Assembly: GCA_009103225.1 (NCBI GenBank)
Contig: RHPI01001442.1
Location: 62,001-126,000, forward strand
Direction of reading: 5' to 3'
Source of the DNA: Chlorokybus atmophyticus
Lineage: Eukaryota > Plantae > Mesostigma and Chlorokybus algae
DNA length: 64,000 bases
The stretch's first letter is position 1. The number at the start of each line of letters is the position of its first letter. Under the pieces are notes generated by a model, which was not told the origin of the DNA, searched no databases, and saw nothing but the letters and a program-made list of their open reading frames with translations. A program made the position numbers and the translations under genes. Shown here in pieces: positions 16,101-28,541 of the stretch.

Positions 16101-19100
16101 AACCATGTACTACGATGGTATTTCAACAATGGTGTAGGCTATGGCACGGTTGCAGCGCATCAATACCGTCCAAAATAAGTCACTGCATAGCGAGCGTGAC
16201 ATTGAGGCACTGCAAGTCATCATGTGTATATCATAATAACATATGAATAATGTTAAGCTTTCATAATGTAACTTACAATGTAAAAGCGACATTGCTTGGC
16301 AAGCAATATTAATAGTCAGATTTGTTATGTAATGTGATGGTTACACTGTTGTAAAAATATTTCGAATCAACTCATAAACTCAGTAATACTAATTCTCTGC
16401 AAGTTGATTCGCCGCGACGATGCACCGTATCAATGAAGCGTTGAATGTGTAACGCTTCATTCAATCACACATTTAACCATAGAAAGCTTACCGCTAGCTT
16501 ACATATGAAACTTCAATATTGGTTATGTCATAGACAATCGGTACGTATTACACAACCACATAAGTGCCCCAAGAGGCGGGATAATGGATGCACGCACAAG
16601 ACATTAGAAGTTGTGCTACATAATTGAATCTCTGAAACGTTATGTGCATGTACAGCAATGTTTGCGGTCACGTGCATGTGTGCGTGCATATCATATAATA
16701 CATTACCTACTCGACTCTATACCATGATGGTATAGAGTCGGGTAGGTAATGAACAGGCATGCACATGTGATTCACATGGACACTTGCATGCTGTGTGACT
16801 AACGGGGAAGGCGAGTAGATTAGTAGTGTAGGTAATATAGCGTGGTGGTGGATTATATAGCATATCATGTTGTATGTGCGGGTTGTGAATGTCACCTTGT
16901 GCGTGGTGGTGAATGACACTCTTTCCATGCAGCACATGAGGCTTGAAATCTTTTGTACACACCCATTGATACAATTGGCAGCACAATAAGACGACGTATG
17001 CAAATTCAACTACACCGGGGGCTTAGGCTGAGTGCTCTGATGTGCTATGTGCAAAATGCAAGGCGGGGCAGTGGGCACGAGCAAGCAGGCAGCACAATCA
17101 ACCAACCAACCTGTTGCCACACAGGCATGCATGTTTGTGCTCGTATATGAGCACACGCGCAGTGTGGTAGACAATACGCTATTCACAACATATATGGTAA
17201 ACACAATGACCACAAAAACAACTTGTTGTGACAATAATTAAACCGATTGCTTGAAATGATGAAAAGGTCATTATTATTGTCCAACTCAATTGTCGGAATA
17301 CGCACACTTCACGCATTCAACTCATGCACCAACTTTACAGCTCCAAATCAGTGTTGCAATTGGTGGCTTTAAGAAGCTAATGTGGCTCCTTTTTCCTTAT
17401 TGGCTAAAAAATTGCCTCCACAATACGCCAGATTCACAATCAAAAGAGCCACACTTTGACTCACTTTTCTTGAAGTACAAGCTAACAAAGCCACATTGTA
17501 ACTTAATATGCGCTTGAACTATGCATTTTATTTTCTTGGTATGAGATAAGTTTCGAAGCCATTATGGAGCCAATTCAGATTGCTTAGCAGAAACACTGCT
17601 CTAGATGCGCCGATGTGCGCATGCATTTGACGTATACCCTATGCCATACAGCTACAGCAGCAAAGCGAGCAGTCACAGTCACATTGAACAAGCCAAGATT
17701 TGGGGGGCTCAGACCAGCGCTTGCAGCAATTAAGCTAATAGACCATGCTGCACCCTTGATTGACACGCAGGGGGAAGCAAGCAGGCAGGCAGGAGAGTTG
17801 CATACATGGATGGATGAATATGGTATGGAGTTATGGATGGATGGTGGCGGTGTGCAAACTGATGTGTCCACGGTGAGTTGTACAAGCAATTGATACTTGC
17901 GGCAATGGCGTTGTGCGCAGTCCGCACGCCGTCCTCCTCAGCCACGTTGCTGAACACCTCGCTCAGAGGCAATCCCCCAGATTCCAACACGCTCACCTAC
18001 CAATAACAGTGTGTGCAAAGACCAACCAGACCCAGTGAAAGATGTCCTCCACTTCGACCACATGCATTGGCATAGAGCATGCACACTAGCTGCAAAGTAC
18101 ACAGGCTTGTTAGGGTGTTCATTCATTGACTTCCACGGGCTTGCGAGCGAGCGAAATGCGTGCACATGTTGTTTCCTTACTTGCAAGCAGGTGGATCAAC
18201 CCATCATCCTAGAGGCCGCCACAGCAGCTGCACCGCCGTTGCTCACGTCTGTCCTGCACTGCAGTCTGGTCTTGACAGCGCCTTTCAAAGGCTCTCCCAG
18301 ACTGCTCCATCTCCCTCTTTCTCTCCCTCTGCCTCTGCCACCACCGCCACAGCCGCCTGCATCAGCATCAACGCAGTAAATCTGACTTCTGGCTGTTGTC
18401 ATGCTTGGTGCTTGTAGCAGCTGAGGAGGCGGCGCCCGCGGAGGAGGAGCAGGAGGAGGATGAGGAGGGAGACGTGGCAGATAGAGTAGAGGACGGGGGA
18501 GTTGGAGACGGCTAGGAGGAGGAGGAAAAGGCGAGCGAGTAAGGCGGGACGGGGCGCAACACCTGCAGCTTCGTGTTGAGAGAGAGTTGGAGGCGTGGGG
18601 CTGGCAACAAAAGTCCACATAGCCTCTTTTCATGGTGACTAACCCTTTCCACTTGTGTGGATAGCGACATCAGCAGTCGGCCCTATGTCAATACACGTGC
18701 ATGAAGTGCGCATGCTGTGTGCGTAAAGCTGCGCGCGTGTGAGCTGACTGAGCGTTGTGTTCGTGTTGGGATAGCGTGCCGGTATGTGTGTGGCAGTGGG
18801 CTTCAGCAAGTGATTTGTGGCTTGTCTACAAAAGTACTTACGTTACAAAGTAGCACCAACGGTTCAGTGCATTGCACGCTCTTCAACACGTGCAATGCAT
18901 GCGATATCACAGCTCACAGTATGTTTCTTTTCTCATCGTTCTGTTAAACCAGCGGTGCGGACAACAGTTAGCTTCAAGTGTAGTGTGTCACCATCCTGTG
19001 CATGCTTGCTTCAGTAATCGCTCAAAAATTTATTGAACACAGTACAAAACTCATCATCTACTACTCAGCAACTCAGCAACTTTAATTATGTGTCTCTCCA

Positions 19101-20058
19101 GTGCATTGTCATGCATAGTCCTTACTCCCATAAGTGTTGCACATATTGATCACAGCATACACTTGCATGCGTATTTCACACTCTTAATGTACTTAGTTCA
19201 TTGTTTCAACCAGTACAGTTGACAAATATACACAAAGCAACTCTTTTATCACAATCACTTGCAGGCAACGTCCTTTGTATCCTGCGACTGGCTCATGCGT
19301 CCCAGCCTTACATAACACCCGCAAGCTTGCCCATCTCGTATACGCCAGTGCAGTCCATCAAGTGTTGCCGGCAGTCCGTTGCGCAGCTGGAAGTCAACAA
19401 CAAAAACAGCAGCAGCAGCAGCAGCAGCAGTCAGGCTACCACGCCAGCCCCTTAGGCTACTAAGGCAGTATGCAAGCCGCCAGCTATCTCATGAACACTC
19501 AGGTACAGTCCAACCATCCCAGTCTGAATGCCATTGCTCTAGCATATTGTTTGTTGCCTGGTAGCAGACTTTGGTTGGGTCAGATCAGTGTGTCACTGCA
19601 AAGCAAGGCCCTGCACAGGCATGCTGATCTCTTGCAATTGCCAACACGTACTCATACATACGCAGTGAGGCGCATGCTGCATGTGCTCGGTGTCATCTTG
19701 CTACATTCATAGAAGCAAGTATACTGGAATTGACACGCCACCACACAACTCCTGTGCATTGGTGAGTAGTGCGTTGTTTATGTACTTACCACATCGCTGG
19801 ATGCGTATGTGCTTGGTGTCTTCTCCTCGCTCTCTTCTCCTGGCTCCCTTGTGCTGACCTTACGCTACGCTTTAAAACAACTGCTGCTTGGCCACGTGCA
19901 GGATTTAACTGGCCATATCAAGTCGCTAGCCAGCAGCGACCTGGACACTGGCTCCCAGCAATGGCATTAACTCCTGCGGGAACTTCTGAAAGGGTGGTGA
20001 TTCCACAGCTGCATTACTGTGTCGTCAACAACCCCGCAGATCACGTCCCCCCAGCGGC

Positions 20059-20783
20059 ATGGCAGTGTGCCCAGCGTGTCTCTGTCAGCAGCCTGAGGAG
20101 CTTAAGAATATAATTATTGAGGATAGTGGACCTGGAACAGCACTGGCAGCAGAGCTTGCAGGCATACCATGGGGTGCGAGTTGGCTCGTGGCATTAATAA
20201 CAGGGCAATGGCTTGCTTTACCTTCCATGTCACTTGAGCAGCTGCAAACCTTGTCATCATCTCCCATCCCCATCCAAGTGAAGGTTACGCGTCCGCTTGC
20301 GGCACCCTCAGCGTCAGCCCTTCCACATGCAGGTGCCCATCAGCTGCAGCTGACACTTATGCAACCCGTGCTCCCTCCCGCTCACCTGTGTACAGCTATT
20401 CTCATTGCTTGGGAACTTGTCTCTTACGCATGTGTGCGTGTTGCTCTTTATACTCGTGCTGATGCGGAAGGATACAACTGCGCAGCTACGCTCGATGCCG
20501 GACATGAGGAAGGGTGGCGTGTTCTTCTTGAGCAATTCCAACAAGAAGAGCTGCGATTCCTCCGCCAATTTGAGCAGCAACTGCAGGAGAGTCAGCGCCG
20601 CATACAGTTGCAGCTTCACAGCATGTCCCCATTCATCACGCATCCCGCACAGTTGGGCAACAGTACCTAGATTTGGTCAGCTGCTCCAGTGACGTGCTCA
20701 ACAACTTGTTGGAGAGGGATAAAGAGCTTCTGCGTAACCTCATTGCGAAGACTGCAGCGGGAATCTCTGCTACCACGGACTAG
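20059..20783 (+). CDS. Hypothetical protein fragment with Gln/Glu-rich coiled-coil segment; gene limits unresolved
   Basis: 203-aa ORF containing LLEQFQQEELRFLRQFEQQLQESQRR, followed by a protein-like frame SSDVLNNLLERDKELLRNLIAK...* ending at 20783. No recognisable domain. Confidence 0.3.
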
Positions 20784-23434
20784 TCTCTAAATATGGTATC
20801 CACCGCTGCTTGAATCTGCTGCTGCGAATGCTTGACCAGACTACTTGAAGAGTAATACACGACCCGACACCAGCTCCGCAGTCAAGGGGTTGTTCAATGC
20901 GTGCAGTGTGTGCGCGCGTGCGCATGCGCATGCGTGTGTGCCAGCAGGCACTGCAGCAGCTGCTGTGCGACTACGTAGTCCATATGTTGTCTGCAGTTGC
21001 ACCCGTAGCTGCTCTAGTAGCTGGTGTTGTGGTTGCACACCGACGGACACAACAGCCCATGTGGGCAGGTAATGACAAATGTGTGCATGTACATGCATGT
21101 CTAACGGGAAAGGCTAGCAGGTGTAGCTTAGTGTAGTAGATTGGCCCATGGTGACAACGGTGAGATGTATATCTGTGTGCATGCAAAGCTTGAGTGATGT
21201 GCATCTTGCATGCGTCTGCCCAACAGCACGTCACATGTCCTGTACACAGTGCCTGCAATAGCATCGCTAGTATGGCGTTTGACATGTGATGCCGTGCCAT
21301 GCCATGGCAAGCTGTCTGTTCACATGTGTACCTAATGTGCACAAGTGGATTGGCATAACAAGACTTCGAGTGCGGTGTTCAGCACCTAGTCGTAGTTAAG
21401 CTATGAGTACAAGCTGAAGTCTCATCACGCCAACTCTATGCCATACTCATCCTTCTGTCAGCTGCCAAGCGTGTATGCGGTTGCTTGCAAAGCGGTTATT
21501 GCCAACAGAAGTGTGGGTGCACCGCCACTAGCATATGTAGCATACAATCTTTGTACACCTTGCCAGCAACCCATGCATTGCCAAGGACATTCAACTGTGC
21601 GTGATCATTTTGCGTGTTGACTTGTTGCCCATGATCAAACAGCTTGCACACCTGCAATCAATAGAAGTGAGAGGCACGCATACATCTCTCCTGCTCTGCA
21701 TGCGTGACTGTGCTTGTGTGAAACCCTAGCGCTTCATTGCTTGTTCCATTGCTTGCTTCTGTGTGTTGAGTGCGCTTATGCGTCAGAATCATTGGATACC
21801 TCATACATAAGTGTGTGGGCGGGCGCGCGCACGCGCGCAAAATTTGCTATGCAGCGTGTTCACTTGTGTGTACGCGCTCGCGCTGTTGCCCTTGATGAGT
21901 GTTGCGCACATAGCTATAGCGACTGTGGCCAATGTATGCCCAATACTCGCAGGCGAGGTTGATCTTGCATCTGCGGCAGCAGGTGCGGCATTCAATATGC
22001 AGTTAATCCACTGGCTGCAAATCAACGGGCGAGTCCTCCACATCCCGTGAACAGCGGCCTTAAGCAGAAGGACTTGCCCACCCTGGTGCCGTTGAGTGGC
22101 TTTTGCACAAGCAGCAATATCGTTTGTCACAGCAAATGCAGGCGCTTATGCACATGTCCACACATGCGCGTGCACGCGCATGCAGCATCCACAGCCGCCG
22201 TTGCGGTAGTGTACCTGTTTGTCGACTGTTCGAGCCATGGTCGCAGATGCAGCTATAGCCGCCAGTCAATGGCCTGCAGCGGCCATGCAGGCCGCATGGG
22301 CTTGCAGGTTGTGCACACAGACGATTCGGAAGAACCAAGTGCCATGGACTTGCATGTTTGCTGGCTTGTTGCACCCCCTCTACGTTACTCTTTAAAACAA
22401 ATCACCACGTTCGCACCATCACAATTAGGTGACAGCGGTGAAGGCCGAAGCGGCGGCGGCGGCGGCTGAGGGAGTAGAAGGACATGAACGCGTCAAATAC
22501 AGCTGCATCAGCAAACATGCCGACTCTTACAATACGACCAACATTGGCTCGTCACACGCCGTATGGGTAGGGCATGACACAGCACTTCACATACCCTATA
22601 CACGGCCCTGCTCTGTACCACTCACCCTACCACGCGCACTTCTGCCCCACCCTGTTGATCCATCATGCATGCACACACAGCAGCTACCTGCCACACAGTC
22701 GTCGCAATGCACAATCAATGTGGACGGGAGCTGCACAACCAGATCACACCTTGTGTGCAACACACCTCATTACACACTCACTTCAACTCTACATACACGA
22801 CCACCGAGCTATGCCCCGCACTTACGGGTTGCTGACCTTCTACCCCTACCCCTACCTCTACGGGCCCCCTGTCAGTCATGTATGCATGCAATGCAGTTTG
22901 TACCTGCACATGTGCCGTGTGTGGACGTTCAGTGCCAATCCAACCCTTCACATTGGCGAAGGCGGCCAGCTGACTCCCCCCACTGCCACTCTCCACCCCA
23001 ACCACCACCCACCGCCGTCACTGCTGTGCTACTTAGCAGTGCTGCACTTCAGGATCTCGTCAGCTACTATGCACAAACATCTCGCCCCATACGCGGTGTA
23101 CACAAGTGCAGAGGGGATGCGCACATCCATGTGTGTTTCTACATGAGCGTGCATGGTTGTTGTGCTTGCGAGCAGGAGCAGATGGTTTTGGTAAATACAG
23201 TCCCTGCAAGATACTGGTCTTTGCACACAAGTCGCAGATTCACCAAAGACAATATGGGCATCACATGACACGCAAAGGTGCAGTCTATAGACGGTCTTTG
23301 CCAACACTCCCTGACTAACCTATGACACCAATTGCAACATGCCGCAACCAGCTACTTGCTTCTGGGGTGGCCCAGCACAAGCAGTGGACGCACTTCTATG
23401 CTCCGTGATCTACCTTGCACACACCGAACAATAC

Positions 23435-26400
23435 TCAAAATGGCCTCCGCTTTCTTGCCTTGAGTTGCCGCAAGTTCCATGAGTTTCGGTAAGCCTCCTT
23501 GAAGCCATAATGCGGTTTGCGCTCAAACCATGTGTCCCCGGGCTCTGTGGTATCCCAGTAATCACCGGTTGTGCTGTGACCATACTTCTGGATCTGCCAA
23601 CATACACAAACGCATGTCTTTATGTCACGTTGTCTTGCCATCACGACATCACCAGCACAAGGACAACCAGACAAGCAGCAACAAAGTCTTGAGCTGAAAC
23701 TGACAGCATAGTATACAGTTAGCGTACCATGCCATTGCCAAAATGGTTTTCACCCCATGTTCTCGAGTACTGCTCCGAGCCCTCTTCCTTGCTCCAGTTC
23801 TCACCAGACTTGCGACCCTCACCACCCCAGCCATACTTCTCCTCCCACTTGTCGCCCCATTCTCTACGCTTGCCTGCTAACACATGAAACTTCAGTGCCA
23901 GAGCATAAGCACCTCCAAGTGGTGACAAAGCCAAACAGGGTATTCGTCGACTGCATAGCATCGCACTGACTCGTCATGTTCCATCAGACCAACTTCACAA
24001 CTGGCACTGAACCGCTTGCCTGTGTAGGGATCAATTTCTTCAGCCCACCGGTCTGTCCACTTGGTTGCAGCTCCCTTGCCATCCCATTCCTCACCCCAAC
24101 GCTCATGATGCACATGACCTGGATTCTTCGACCACTTGTCAGCAGTCTTCGACGTCCAGCCGCGTGCATCATATGCTTCCCACCTGCAGCATACCATGGT
24201 CAGTGAACACACATGCTGCACGCACATACTACCTGCACTGAAAGCAACATTGTCAACCAGTGCAAATGCCATGTTTTCTACTTGGTGCATGCCAGACGTA
24301 CCACTTCTCCTCCCACTCTTCTCCTTGCCCAGTCTGGGCCCACTTGTGGGCGCTCTTTTCAATTCTTGTGAGACCAGTGTCCGAATCCTGGCATACACAC
24401 AGTCAGCCCCATTTTTGTCAAAATGACCTTTCATTCAGGGCTCCTTCTTGCCAGCATGCGTGCATGCATGCGTATCCACTTGCGTGCTTGTGTGTACTTC
24501 AATCAGTCCTGCATGTGCGGCACATGCGCGCGCGTGACATGTGTGACTGTGTGTGGGCGTGCAGACATTGGCAAATGCAGCCAGATGCACATCTGCTCAC
24601 ACGTGCGCGCGAGCGTACGTGTGAGCAGATGTGTGCAAACGCTGGTGATTGTATGCAAACGCCATGCGCGAGCAAGAGAGGGAGAGAGGGAGGCAGCGCG
24701 CGAGCGAGAGCGACAGTGAGCGGGAGAAAGAGGGAGAGAGGGGAGAGGGGGAGATGGCTGGGGTGATGATGTAGCTGGACAAACAACTTACCTGCGTCAA
24801 TGCTTCCTTCCATGTCTCAGTCCAAGACCCCCCATTTTCATCTGCGCCAGACTTGCGCGCTCCAAGCTCGCGATAGCCAAGCCAATCGGACTTCTCCCAC
24901 CAGGTCTCTTCCCACTCGATACCAGCTGCTGTTACACCTCGCAGCAGCGTCCACTTCACCCGCAGCCCGTTCTCACCTACAACAAAGAGTCACACACATG
25001 AGAGCATTGCGCAATTGGTGATTCAGATCGCCTAGAAGAATTGCATATTCAAGCTGAGGCAAAGCAGCTGCAAACATTCCCTGTGAAAGATGCAAACTCT
25101 TGCTATTACGCACCGAAGTCTTCGCCACTGGCACGCCACCATTGTGTACCATCTTCAGCGATGCCAGATGCCTCTCCTAGTCCCAGATCTTCACCCCAAT
25201 GATCTCCATGTGCAGTACGCACCTGCAGGCACCGAGTATGTCACCGAATGGTAAGTAGACCCCTTTTTCCAGGCTCAAGCACCCATATTCAACCAACTGC
25301 TGTACTTACCTCTGCAACCTGCTCAGCACCCTCGCTTTGCACGGGTGGTCGGTATGCAGTGGTCATTTCCATCACGGACTGCAATGGTGGAAGGTCTGCA
25401 CTCAGCACAGCCATGCGCTCTACCTCACTCTGCAATGGTGGAAGCGCAGACCTACACAACATTGGCTATGGTCAGTATATAACAATGGCCAGCCAAGCTC
25501 TAACAAACATAGCAAGCTATGTCAACAAGCACTGGCACCTTTGCAACACACTCTGCAAAGTAGTCGGGCGCTCTGGCTCAGCATAGATGGTCGAACTCTT
25601 CCCCTTTGCCTCAGCTCTCTGCCAACAGTCTCACAGTCAGACAGACCGGGAATAGCATAGCATCAGCAAATAGGATGCTAGGCTCGTTAGCCAATGGCGG
25701 GCATCAGCTTCTGACAGTAACAGGTCTGTTACGACAGCTGCAGACAAGCATGTCACAAACCTGCAACTGTGGTGTAGGACTCCAGGGCGTTGGGTCCTGG
25801 TTAAACACACTGCTGGAGAAGCGCGCATGCTCAGCACCCCAGCGAAGGTTGGCATCCATTGATCCACCCTTGCGCTGGGTTGGCGACGGTCTCCTGGTGC
25901 CAGTGCCTGTTGACTGCCGACTTGTCCCAGTCAACTGGTCATAGTCGTCCACACTTGCACCTGCGGGTGCCTGCCTTTGCGCAGCAATGGTCTGGTTGTT
26001 TTGTACAACCTCTGTGCCAGCAGATGCTGGTCTCATTGATCCATTGATTTGTGACTGCCTCCTTGTGCCAGAGGATTGATCACCAATACTGCCGCCAGCT
26101 GGTGGTCTTGTGCCGCCAGTAACTGTTGACTGCGTCCTCGTGCCAGTGAATTGGTCCTTATCACCAGTTGGGCCAGCTGGTGGTCTTGTTCTGCCTGTTG
26201 ACTGCCCCTTTGTCTCAGTGGATTGGTCATTGTCAACACCACTTGGACCCGTTGGTGGTCTCATGCTGCCAGTGTTTTGCGCCTCCCTCCTTGTGCCATT
26301 GGATTGGGCATTGTCAACAACGCTTGCGCCAGCTGGTGACCCCGTTGTGCCAGTGCCATTCGACTGCCTTCTTTTGCCAGCTGACTTGTCATTATCAACA

Positions 26401-27376
26401 GTACTTGCACCAGCGCGTTCCGCCCGAAGAAGCTGCCGCAAAACTGATCGCGTCATGTCCTTCTCCTCCTCATAGCGTTCAATTTTTCCATCTTCCCCGA
26501 TAGGACTGCCCAGTGGTTTTTGCAGCAAGTCATTTGCGTCCCGAAGCACAGACTGTGTATGCACTCGTACATAAGTGTTGATAGCATGCTACAAAACGCA
26601 ATGCATGCAGCCAATGCAGGGAGGGCAGGGCAAGAGATAGCTCAACCTCAACGAGTACTGCCACCAAACAATGAGTGTGCAATGCGTGCTGGTGCAGTGA
26701 CAGAACCCCGCAGTACAGAGCAGTGCACAATAGTGAAGCTTACTGTCTCGTTTCCGTAGAGCGGACGCATTGCCAAAAGCAATGTGCGATGCACACTGTT
26801 TGCTATGCTTCAACATGCTGGTGCAGTGGAGTTATCCGGCACAAAAGAGTTGCGCAGGAGCTTACCTGTGCTCGCTCAAGTAAAGCCTGTGCTGTGGACT
26901 CTGATTCGGGGCCGCTTTCTGGCCTGTCTTTACCAATACCTTCTAAGAAAGCATTAAAGCTTGGCCGGTCTGATACGTCCACACCTGCACACAACCGTCG
27001 GATGAACAGGCTGTAACAGAGCATGCCAAGAGTACATTTTGTTTGATAGCAATTCCCTCATACATTGCAAGCTTGAATATCAAGGTATGCATATCCATTA
27101 CCGCGCAAACAACCTTGCCATGCTGCATTGAGCATAAGGCTGTACTATGACCAAAGTGTAACCAAGTTGCACTCGCAGGCACGCACAGCTTGGCAGTAAA
27201 CTGCAGCGCATGGCCATTGGTCAAGGCAATGCAACCACACATACCAGGTTTGTCACCATCGCCCGCAGCCTGGCAAATGGTGCTTGTCCGCTTCGCACCA
27301 TGTTTGATGCGAGTTAAGCTCTTGGAGTGTGAGGACTGCTGATGCCGCCGACCAGGGGGACCTATGCTGCTGCTGC
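23435..27376 (-). CDS. EARLY STARVATION 1 / LIKE-ESV (ESV1/LESV) family Trp-rich starch-binding protein; 5' end lies at or upstream of 27376
   Basis: C-terminal exons encode the Trp/acidic-rich domain: EDGTQWWRASGEDFGENGLRVKWT, WEETWWEKSDWLGYRELGARKSG, WEAYDARGW, HVHHERWGEEWDGKG, WGDKWEEK, TWGENHFGNGMV|QKYGHSTTGDYWD, KPHYGF, then stop at 23435. The N-terminal region has LPPLQS twice and RPSFNAFLEG, plus a transit-peptide-like exon at 27376-27247. Confidence 0.88.
25890..26415 (-). repeat. Degenerate coding tandem repeat (about 7 units of about 75 nt / 25-27 aa) inside the ESV1/LESV-like gene
   Basis: Units in the ORF track: GASTVDNDKSAGKRRQSNGTGTTGSPA / GASVVDNAQSNGTRREAQNTGSMRPPT / GPSGVDNDQSTETKGQSTGRTRPPA / GPTGDKDQFTGTRTQSTVTGGTRPPA / GGSIGDQSSGTRRQSQINGSMRPAS / ... 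/ GASVDDYDQLTGTSRQSTGTGTRRPSP. Recurring DNA words ccagctggtg, gttgactgc and cattgtcaaca. Confidence 0.85.
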
Positions 27377-28541
27377 CTTGTATTTTGTGTATGTCAAGCA
27401 GTGCGCAAGTGCATGGCCTGGTAAGCGTGGACTCCATGACTCCAGTCGTTTAGGTCATCAGTTGTTAACAAGAGCACGCAAGCCACCTTCCAAAAGAGTA
27501 GCCGTTCTGTGATAGCTGCATGGTGCCACAGAGTTAGAAACTGACACAAGGTATCGACCATGTACATGTGCCTGAACTCCGGTACATATCCAACAGCAGG
27601 ACAAGGCAGACCGCCTGTGCCGCACACGCGGTCTACGTGCAAGATGTTCCAAGCTTCTTACGCAAGCTGCATTGACAAGCAGGAAATGCACGCCACAATG
27701 GCTATACACATTTAAACCGCAGCTTAAGCTGCAGCTCCGTAGCAATGTGCGATGAGGAACAGGCCATGGGTTTACGTGTTACGTGAAGACATTTGCAAAT
27801 ACATAACTGCATGCATTGTTTTCCTAGACGACAACAGCAAACACGTAAAACCAGGATTGAGACGGGCAGGCATGCGGGGTCCACACGTTGCACCGTGCTT
27901 AGCACCGAAGGCAACCACACCGCACTCGTCTTGCCGCTCACCTCAACCTCTCATGGGCTCCGGTACTTCTTGGTGTAACCAATGCGCAGCAAGCAACTAC
28001 CCCACGATCCTGAGCGGCAACAACCACCGCGCCGACGTCGCCAACGCCGCCAACCGAGCCGCCTACGTGGCTGCCCACGTCCCCGCCAGCTTGGCTGGAG
28101 TCAGCACTGCACTATCTTCTGATCAATTATGCTGAGCAGATGTGAGATCGTGCGAAATGAAGGATTACGGTGGATTACGGTTTGGCGAATCCAGTCCGCA
28201 ACTCGAACTGGGCTTCAGATACGTGTGTTGTTTAGGCGCTCAGCAATTTATGCAGTATCGCGTTACAATGTTAACGAGTACAGTATACGCGTGTTCACTG
28301 AACACGAGTTCTCGCTGAGTTCAGCGAACGTATATATGTGCAGACTTCCGTGAGGTTTGCAAGCAGAGTGCGGTGCAGGCGGCGGTGGTGGCGGCGGAGT
28401 CGCTGTGTTAATCGGTGACGGGGTGTTTCTAGCTCCCCCCCCCACCCCACACCCTCCCATAGCTCCCTCCTGTAACTGACAAATGCAAGTACAGTAATTC
28501 AAGGCAAGTGGTGCACTGCTTCAGGGGGCTGGTTGTAACTC

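Noticed and set aside
25859-26503. + strand ORFs with repeated VPVDWSLST units; considered as a CRISPR-like or independent repeat gene
   Set aside because: They are the antisense reading of the coding tandem repeat in the ESV-like gene. Units are degenerate, with no unique spacers, in a eukaryotic context.
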